Source of the DNA: Cyanophora paradoxa CCMP329
Lineage: Eukaryota > Plantae > Glaucophyta
Direction: 5' to 3'
NCBI GenBank assembly: GCA_004431415.1
Contig: QPMI01000086.1
Location: 1 to 52,917, forward strand
Length of the DNA: 52,917 nucleotides
Within the stretch, counting starts at the first letter, position 1. Each line of letters begins with the position of its first letter. A model generated the notes under the pieces. The model was not told where the DNA came from. It saw only the letters and a list, made by a program, of their open reading frames with translations, and searched no databases. The translations under genes and the position numbers were made by a program. Of the stretch, positions 43,801 to 52,917 are shown in pieces.

Positions 43801-46800
43801 GCGTTCGCACCTGGCGCCGACCTTCTAGCGTCCATGACCAAAACGTGAGACGCACCCGTACCCGTTTTAGAAAGCTGGAGTCGCACGAACGCAGCACTGT
43901 CTCTACCCCAACTATCAACGACACCGTCGTCGCCTGTAGCGGCAAATCTGCGAGCGCGGTTCACAAGATCAGATCAAATCAGATTGATATTGATTGGAAT
44001 GCAGGCGCACATGGTGCAATTGTCCGGATCACTGCCGTACACAGAGAATTGCAGGTTCACTGCAGTCAGCGCCGGCTGGCCGTGGTTACGGCCGTTCCCT
44101 CTGTGCTTGATGTTCAAGGCTGCATCTCTAGCTATAAATGGTGTCGTAGGGACGCCGGCAGACGCACCGGAAATGCTGAATATACGTGGTAGCGCTTCTT
44201 TGATTCCCAGCATGAGCACGTTGTGGACGAGACACCCGCCAGAATGGGTCCTTGCGTCTGAGACCCGCCCTTGCTGAATCCGGGTACCCTTCCGAGGAAG
44301 TTGTAAACCCGACTGCCGGCCATGGAAGGCGACAAATCCACGGAGCTGAAAACGAAATTCAAGATCAGCTACAATCTTACAGACTCATAACCATCTCCAA
44401 AGTGATCTGCGCGCGTACGCACAAGACTTCGGCGGTGGTTGGGAAGTTATTAGGATTTATCCAGCCAACACGCCCAGCTGAGATATAGAGCTTCGAGCCT
44501 GCATCCAAGGCTCCGTTGACAGATTCCGGGAGACGGGAACGAAATTAGCACTCAAATAGGCACCATGCGAGCGCAGGCTGGAGCTTCCCGTGGGTTCAGT
44601 GAGTATGGGTTGGAATTTTGTTGTGCAATCTCTGTTCTCCAAGTGTTGTTTGCGATCGAGTAGCGGATAAGGTCGTTGCGTATTCTTTCTCCTGGGTGAA
44701 AGGGTACGAGCTGACGCCAGACACAATTTCGAATTGGTGAACCCTCCAACGACCTATTTGGCGATTTAATTGGAAAGAATGCTTTAGCAGGCGGTCGAGG
44801 GAGGTCGAGGGAGACAGAGTGCACCCAGACAGAGTTGTCATACACGGTCAGGCAGTGGCTGTATCGGCGCAAGGCAGTGGGAGGGCATATCGTATCGCGA
44901 GTCCAGAGTAATTGGGAACCTCCAGAAATTCGCGTATATATTGTCCCAATTTGTCGCACCGCCCGCACAATAAATAAAGGATCCTCCATCCCAGTCACAC
45001 GAGTGGGCTTGAAAGCGAGCATGCATCTTTGCCGTTTGGTATTCCCATACGCTTGAAGCAGAGGCCGTCGAGATGCATCTGCACGCGAGATTTAAGAGGC
45101 GCATGGAGTCTTTGAGACTGTTCCGTGCGCGTGTACATGTTCGGAGGCGAGCGTTGTAAATGAAATATGCGAGCTACATGTACACGCGCACCGACGTCAG
45201 CAGTCCAAATATCGTTGAAGCCATTGTTGTAAGCGTCTCTTCCTCCAGAAACCATCAGGTAGCGGCGGTTGTTCCTCATAAAAAGCGTTCCCGCAGCTGA
45301 TATTCGAGGACTGAATCCAGTGGCCAAAGACGTAATGGCGATCGGCTCTGCAAAGCGGCTTTAGAGAGCTAGCGTTAGATATCGCGCTGAAGTAATTATA
45401 GCGCAACGCAATCCGGCATTGGTTGGTGGGGGCGTAGGTGATGGGGTCGGCGACGCCGGAGCTGCGTATACGTCGCCGCGAAGATGTAAGGGCCGGGTGA
45501 GCGACGAAATGGATTTCCTACTTTGCGATACTGACCTACAAAGTATGAGTAGTAGTTTGCGGTGAATCCAGGGAAGGTCGAGCTGGGGTTGCTTTGGAAC
45601 TCTACAAGGATGTGGTTGGCCGTGGAAGTGAAAGGCGTGAGGGCGCTCGCTGGACTCTTTCCCGAGAGCGTTACGCCAAGCTGGGTTACATTTTGCCTTG
45701 GGCGTTGGAGGCAAAGACCTACGCGAGCTGCATGTAAATTTGTCGAGATCTGGCTGATGCTCAGAAGCTGCGCACTTTAACGGTATCCTGGATAGCCTCA
45801 GTGTCGAAGGTAGCGACTGGGAAAGTGATTTGGATGCGATGATTCAGTGGAGCGGCTATGAGCCTGCAAACAAACGGAATCAATATCATGATTAAATTAC
45901 ATCTGAGGCCTTCAATTTTCATCGCCCGCCTGCAGCTGACCTCTAAATTTTCATCGCTCTATCGTCTGCGCACGCATTTGCATGCTCACCATCTCAAAGT
46001 GATGCTGTTGGAATATTCGGTACCAAGCCAATCGGCAGTGCCAAATACTTTTCTCGAAGCATCATAGTACCGGTTGCATTCAACAGGCAGAACGATGAAA
46101 TCTGCCACGGATCATACGAAGAGCACGAAGCTCTGCGTGGAGCGGGTCAGATTCGGCGGCACACGTACGCGTGTACAGTGCGATGGGCACCGACAGCCTT
46201 CACGGTAGCTGTGAACTTAGCGAATGGCCTAGGATCCGGACAAGACTTGATCGCTTCTCGTAGGTAATATATGCATGGCTGCCAGTCGTCCGGTAGACGA
46301 TGGACGCAGCGTCCGTAAGATCAGCTGCCAAATTCATGTCCAGTTCGTCGGAGTATGCTCTGGAGGCTCCTGATCCAAAAAGCATCTGTTCAAACGTCTC
46401 GATTTCGCGACTGATCATGATGGATTAATTAAAATTTTTACCTTGAAGTTACCAATTCCCCGGACCCCAGACGTAGGACTATGGGTTGCAACGTCTCGAA
46501 TTTGATCTCCAAGCCCATTCCTGGGGTGCATTGAAATACCTAATCATGACATATTTTCAATATCAGTCAGATCGAGATCGAAAATCTGTTGAATGAAGCA
46601 CCATCGAATGTCGGTGAAAGCTTGGTGGCTTTCATCAACTCCGAAAGAGAGCGCTGTTATTGTAACATTACGCATGCACTCTCTCTCCGATACGCACTCC
46701 AAAACTGGACAGACCCTCGTTGGAAGGCGGTGGCACTCCCTACAGAGCGCACGCGCACCGTCAAGAAGCGGAATTGCCGCGTATCCGCGATGAATCCGTC

Positions 46801-49800
46801 GTCGACGATAGCATGATTGCTGGTGAAGCGCACAAGCACAGCGTTTGCAGCCGCCGTCGTTCTCACCGTACTTTGAATGATATCCGTGTTTAAAGATCCA
46901 GAAAAAATAGAAGGGACTTTGTAGCCTTCAAGATCCGACGACCTCGTTTCAACCGTAACGTCGATAAACGTTGATAAACGTCTGTGAAATTTGACAAAGG
47001 CCATCCAGGGATGTGAAAACGGTCGGGATGTATTCAATGCGTATATCTGCACACGCACGGACGTCGACATGTACCGAAACCGAAAACGATTTAACCATAC
47101 ATGTACAACGACAGTGCGCACCTCAACGAAGTCCCTACTCGGTTCAGTCGCCAAGTGGAGGAAACGCAGCCTGATGCGCTGGTTAAGAGGAGCCCCGATT
47201 AACCTGCCCGTATGGTCGTAATGATCAGAAGAAGAACCAGACACAGAAGGGACAGCGATCCAAGTCAGACAAGACGCGCACCAGTAGCGTTGCAAATTAT
47301 TCGCGTAGGAGGTACTGGAAGGCCCTCTTCAAACGTATCGTCGACGTCCGTTGCGATTAGCCGGCACGGGTTGAACAAAGCGCATCTCACATCTGCGCGG
47401 ATATATATGATCATGACACACATATGAAGGCTGCGCCGAGCGCTAGCGCCGCCTGGTAAAATCAAATTGAATGCGCACTTTCAGCCTGAACTGAGCTTTG
47501 AACCCGTGCCCTGAGCTGCGATTGTTGGGACTGGAAGACCAGATAAGCCCGGCTGCTGCTCGACTTCAGAATTCGAACAGGAGGTATGTTCGCGATTGAG
47601 ATGTCTGGATGGTCTTCAGACGAAAAGATCATCACGCCGCTCTCGGCATCCCCATCGTAAACCTGATAGCTCCAGATTTTGGTCCGATAATTTAAAAATT
47701 CGAATTCAGCATCGCAGGTTTGGACTCACGTGCAGTTTGTCTCCGGGCTGCATACTCCAGAAAATAAACTCAATGATGATGCCCTTCGGAAGAGCAGCCG
47801 TACTGTCTTCGGCGGTGATTGACCTGATTATGAGCGAGAGGGAGCGCGATGGGAGGCGTACGAGTCAGCTACGCAGCATGCGGGTTTGACATCTAGATCC
47901 TGTTGCGCACGCGAGCTTGTAATGCGCATGCTCACCATTGTCTTGTCACGTTTGTCGGGTACAGCATCCCAGTCGGGCCCTCCTCGAGCTCCTGGACTTC
48001 ACTCGTAGCCGATAGCGGACATGGCGGGTTGTAGAAGTTGCACCGAGATTCTGCGCATGCGAAAGAGAATGAGATTTGTGGGGACTTGAAACTCGGGATC
48101 GCAACACGAAGCGTGGGAAATCTCACCAACAGCCTTGAATACGGCTGCAAATCCGTCTGGTCTGCCATAGGCAGGCAGCACCGTCCGGTTTTCATAGACC
48201 AAAAAGGCATCCTTGCTCGTTCTATACCGCCCGCTTGGCAGATCCGGATTGAAAGGAGCGGAAGTCTCGACGACTCCAATCGGAAATTGAAGGCTGGCTA
48301 TCAAGGGTGCGGCGCTCGTGGTGCCGTCGTACAACTACGTTGCAAAATGCAAATCAGGTTTAATTATAAGCCAAACCTTGCATACGCATTCACAGCAGAA
48401 AGAAGGCCCACACGTACATGTACAGTACGTTTGGTAGACCAATGTCAAAACGAGAAAACTTATTTCAATTCCATAGCCGCTATCCGCTCTATTAACCTGG
48501 GAACATTAAGGTCATGGCGGTATCAGGCGCGTTCGCTTCCCAAAAAACTGTTTTGTTTAATCCTTTAAAGTTTGTTGGAATCACCGTGCACGCACCAGCT
48601 GCGAGTGACAGAGGATGCCGAGCCTCCTTCCAGAGTGGCAAGGTTGCAGTTGCTTGCAGGCTGCATTGCAATTGGAAAGCGCACTGTGAGCTTGATGTGT
48701 TTCGATCAGATGGATCTGCACAAAAGTGTGCATTGTCAAGCAGAGGAGCCACATATACAACACCACCATAACCCGCAATCACTGTGCAAACCCGCGGCTC
48801 GGAAACGCGCAACGAAGCCCATCCACGATAATTCACCAGAGCCAACAGATGTTATCTCAAACTGGCGTCGCTGCATCTTTATATGGGCCCGGGCCCAAGC
48901 GTTATTGACGGATCGTGGCGTTATGGGATGCCAGTGTCGTTGTTGCCGATAGCTGCAGCCTCGCCAGAGGCTCTGAACTTTGCTCGAATCCACCGCGGAT
49001 CTATTAGCAAGGTCAGGACGGAATGTCGATGGCACTTGGCAAACGCGCACCTCGACATAGAATTGACGGGGGAGATCGAGCTCGATATTTCAATGTGAAC
49101 GCTCTTTCCGGCAGGGCCTCAAAGAACCTGGGCGCCAAATTGGATCGGATTGCTGACAATGATGGACCCGGTCAATAGATGTTCGCCGTACCAGAACGTG
49201 GGTTGGAAATCTTCCAAAATTGCGTCTTGCAGCGACAGGCCATCCTCACCCACGCCAATTTGGCCGGGCAGAACAGGGCGGGTCGCGCGGGCATTCCGCT
49301 TCGAGAGGATAATCCATGAGCATCTTGCGTCCAGTGGATGCGTGACCACTCGGTAACGCGCGTTAATCGTGACACCGGACATATCGCTGACGCTGTGCTG
49401 ATGCCATTTGGTGCGGGAGACCGTCGCAGCGTCCACCACGAGGAAGTTGATAAAACCTCGGCGACCGCCAAGCCGAAAAGTGGGTTTAAAAGCGATGGGG
49501 AGCTTAGCCGCAGCATCTGCTGCACTCTCTATGACGACGCGATCTCTGTGCTCGCCTCCGTCTCGCAGAGCTGGCAGGCCAGTTCCGTAAATCCCTTCAA
49601 ACTGTACGCGTGCAACAATAAGAGGTCGGACCCGTGACGCTGGATCGTCTAACTGGAAACGAATCTCGTAGCGCACAGTTATAGTCAAAGGGTAGTTCAC
49701 AGAGCCCGAGAACAATATGCCAATTATCTCGAACTCGACTCTCGAGGCGTTCCACCCGTTCTCGATTTTGCTATATATATGGCGAAGGAAATCTTAACGA

Positions 49801-52800
49801 GTCAGTACCAGAGCGAGCGCAACATTGGAGCACAAAGTAAATGCGTCCGCACATTCTGGAGAGCTGTGAGTTCTCTCCCATCGTTATGTTCGTCCACTCC
49901 GTCGAACTCGGCAGCCAGCAAGTGTGAATTCGATCGACTTTGTGATGCGCAAGCTCGCAGTAGCGCCTCCGGATGGGACACGTCGGAAATTGAGCTGGAA
50001 CCCTGTTGTCGAACGACGAGACGTTTAGCTCTCCGAAATACCCGGGGAGCACATTGGTCCCCAAGAAGTCGCCGCTGTCGGCCGCGGGCTTTGCCAGTTC
50101 GTCCGCTGCGTCAGATTGCTGGGCCACGCCGTTTGACGAAACGCGCCAGAAGAAATCACTGTAGAATCCAAACTCCAAGGCCGGCGTGGAAGGGCCAAGA
50201 GACATGAAGGACGGAGAGTCAGCCGCGAGCACAGTCGAGGCTGCGGGCGACTGCCGAGAGCCAGCTGCAACGAAAGCTCGGCACTCGTAGGCTGTGAATG
50301 GGCTCAGGTTCACAAGACTAAATCTTGCCAGTGCAAGTTTTGGAAGTACTCCTCGAATCGTTTCCCGCAAATTTGTAGGCTTCCGGGTCGGGCTGGTGCT
50401 GTCGCGCAGGAGGGCTCCCCGAAAGCCAATATAATCAGTCATGTTGACGGCCAGCACGGAGCTGCCTTGCGGGTTGCACTCGATCACTGCTGTTTCCGGA
50501 GCTGCGTCCCAGATGCGGGTGCTGTAACGAAGGCTGTGGCGGTGGTGGCCGACGTGCGAACGAGCTGAAGAAGAGGCGCGGCAGGGTCCCATTCCACGGC
50601 GTCGACACCTGAGACCGGGCGCGTTGCAAAGTTCGCCGCGCTCGCCGAGGTGTACTTTTCACACAGCGTCTGCACATTAGACGAGGCGTTGTTGTTTCCG
50701 TAAGTGCTTTCGAGCTCGCTGTTGCTGAACGTCCGACTGACGCGCGAACACGCCTCAGCAAGCAACGAGTCACGTGTAAGGTCGATCACGCGGATGGCGA
50801 AGTCTCCGTTTGGCTGCCTGTAGCGGATCGCCATGTAGTCGCTGAAGAAACGCGAGTTATTAAAATAAAATGGAAAATAAGCGAGAATATTCTCACCCAT
50901 TGTCGCTAGGAATCGGCACTGCTGCAAGATATTGGTGCGGACTCGTCGACGAAAGTCTCATCGACAGGGACCGTGCGAACGTTCTCGCTGGACTGAACTT
51001 GCGCGCCCTTTTCCAGATCGTACATGTTGAGCTCCGTTTGCGATTGCCACACAGCGATAAACCGTCCTGCCAATCGCGGTTTAGTGCAATTGCACTGATC
51101 AGCGCGCGCGAGCTCGAGGCGCAAGAAAATGGCAAGGACGGATGGCGCTCGCACCGTTTTTGGAGGTTCTGGGAGCGTACAATCCGAACTTGAGCTTTAA
51201 ACCCTTTGAATCCAAAGATGTTGTTTCATCTGCAGCTGGTGTACTAGTGCTGCCAACGCTAGAGCTAACAACTCTGGCGGCATCCCATACGGCATCCTTT
51301 GAACTGTATCCGATGGCCGGAACGGAATCCACAATCCACAGTGTCCGAGCCGTTCGAGGACAAATAAACAGAGCAGTCCGCTGTGAGGTTAACGTTGCAG
51401 TCAGCTAGGGCTAGCTATATAGCTCTACATATTCTTTTGGAGAACGGATGAAGATCAATGACAGACGAGCTCACCGTATGTAGATCTGAGAAGAATTATT
51501 ACGATCGAATGTACGTAGAATTCGAATGAGCAATCGCATAATGTATTAAAGCAAACTCACCCCCCGCGAGCATTTTTGATGACACGATGCTTTGAGTCAA
51601 CGTAATCGAAAAACCTGCGCACGATTCGATATGAACGGCACAGTTTGAACAGCTTGAAAACAGCTTGAACGAACTTATTTCCTTCGATGGTCGACTGCCT
51701 GCTTGTTGTTGGGTTGTCAAGAACGTTGTCGGGCGATGGAATGCCTGCGAGAATAAAATAATCAGCGGCTTTTATAATTATGAGAGCTATTTTTCCTAAT
51801 TTTATAATGAGGGCTTTTGGAGGCGAATCGGACTTGTGCGCTGCAGTATCTGCACGAAGCTTCCAAGGGATCCATCCGCCTGGATTTCTGCAAACATTAC
51901 GGCGGCGCGCCTGGCCGACAACCGTAATTTTAAAAGCGTTTCATTGCAATTGCGTGTGTGCGCGTCACTCACAGATCCACGACGAGAAGACTTTGGCTTT
52001 CCCAATAGAAGATGCGTCGGCAGGAGCGCATAGATTTGGCGAGATTGGCCCAGTGCGGCTCAGGGACCTTCAGGGCACCTCGGATGCTCCACATATTTTG
52101 CTAGACGCGCGGACCCATGAGTAGCGCTTAGAACAGACAAAACTGCACGTGCTCAGCGACGAACCATGCCCGAAGCAAGGGCCGAACGCTGGGCTGAGAG
52201 AAGCACAACCGTCTCGATGTCCTCTGCGTATCCCCCTTGCACGGAGCTGCAAGAGCGATGCAGGCAAATATAAGCTTCGATTGGCTGGTTGGATCACTTG
52301 ACCAGCTGCAGGAATTCGGCACCTGATCGTGAAAGAATTCTGACTGTCCGAGCCTTCCGACGCGAAGAGGTCGTAGTCGAAGTCGTTCCAGTCAAACTTT
52401 CTGTCAGACACAACGCCATATGAGCTGAAGCAGAAGAAGCAGAGGGACGCGTCTCTGTTAAATCCGGCGGCGTGTTGAATGTCTGGGGCGAAAGCCCAAT
52501 CAAGAACTCGCGATCGAAAGCACAACAATAAATAAAAATGAACACCGTATGCATGAAAGTAAGCTTCCTTCTCGGAGCCGGTGGCAGAATTCTTTAGAAC
52601 CTGCTGTAAATCAAAGACATTCCGTTTGTACGCTGTGCAGTCCTCCAATTCTCGACTTTCTCGATCTGGTATGTCTTTGACCGAAGTAGAAGTCCGAATG
52701 AAACAAGTTTCTTTCATCCTGAAAAAGTTGTCGCTAATGCTGGGCTTGAAAAGCTCCTTCCGCACTGCGTCCATATTTTCAAAGATCGACCAGGACTTAT

Positions 52801-52917
52801 CACTGCTTGAGACTGGTAGCCCCTGAGGACACATAGATTAATGCAGGAAGCGCGCCGAGCTGTCAAGCGCGCACATTTTCGTCGAGGGTGTAGACAATGC
52901 CAGCCAATGCCGCGTAT
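40860..52917 (-). CDS. Very large multi-exon membrane/secreted protein with CUB, Kelch, Cys-rich and FN3-like modules (attractin/MEGF8-like organisation); 5' end beyond the window
   Basis: Minus-strand exons encode CUB motifs (IRLRFLHLATEPSRDFVE, YDGTTSAAPLIASL, VLVRFTSNHAIVDDGFIA, CSWII) and Kelch motifs (IYCAGGA...FWRF, RYSHCLTVYDNSVWV, LMVSGGRD...FNDIW). They also encode an FN3-like LVNLSPFTAYECR, PTPSPTP linkers and hydrophobic segments at ~40,900-41,030. Confidence 0.65.

Overview
The window has two parts with a sharp junction at 12,688/12,689. (1) Bases 1-12,688 are the right-hand end of an AT-rich, intronless, gene-dense endogenous dsDNA virus (Polinton-like or small Nucleocytoviricota-like; the major capsid, ATPase, polymerase and integrase genes are not in the window). 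It carries two divergent penton/minor-capsid-like genes, a patatin phospholipase fused to a discoidin (F5/8C) domain that is hidden by frameshifts, and a long repeat-rich fibre gene. These are followed by four fibre paralogs sharing an N-terminal module but with different heads (two C1q, two phage-fibre-type), a phage-like C1q partner, a Zn-ribbon ORF and an AdoMet decarboxylase. A non-coding end region holds duplicated 35-bp iteron-like palindromes and a ~283-nt imperfect terminal hairpin ending exactly at the host junction. (2) Bases 12,689-52,917 are GC-rich, intron-rich protist DNA with frequent GC-AG introns. The style is reminiscent of the glaucophyte Cyanophora, but this cannot be verified here. 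The virus cuts into an exon of an EF-hand gene whose uninterrupted paralog lies at ~29.2-31.4 kb. That paralog is part of a local segmental duplication that also includes an LRR(-SAM-TIR) gene. The host part also contains many non-autonomous DNA transposons, a 141-bp tandem array, and a >12-kb multi-exon minus-strand gene for a CUB/Kelch/FN3 membrane protein. All calls come from motif recognition by eye; no searches were run.
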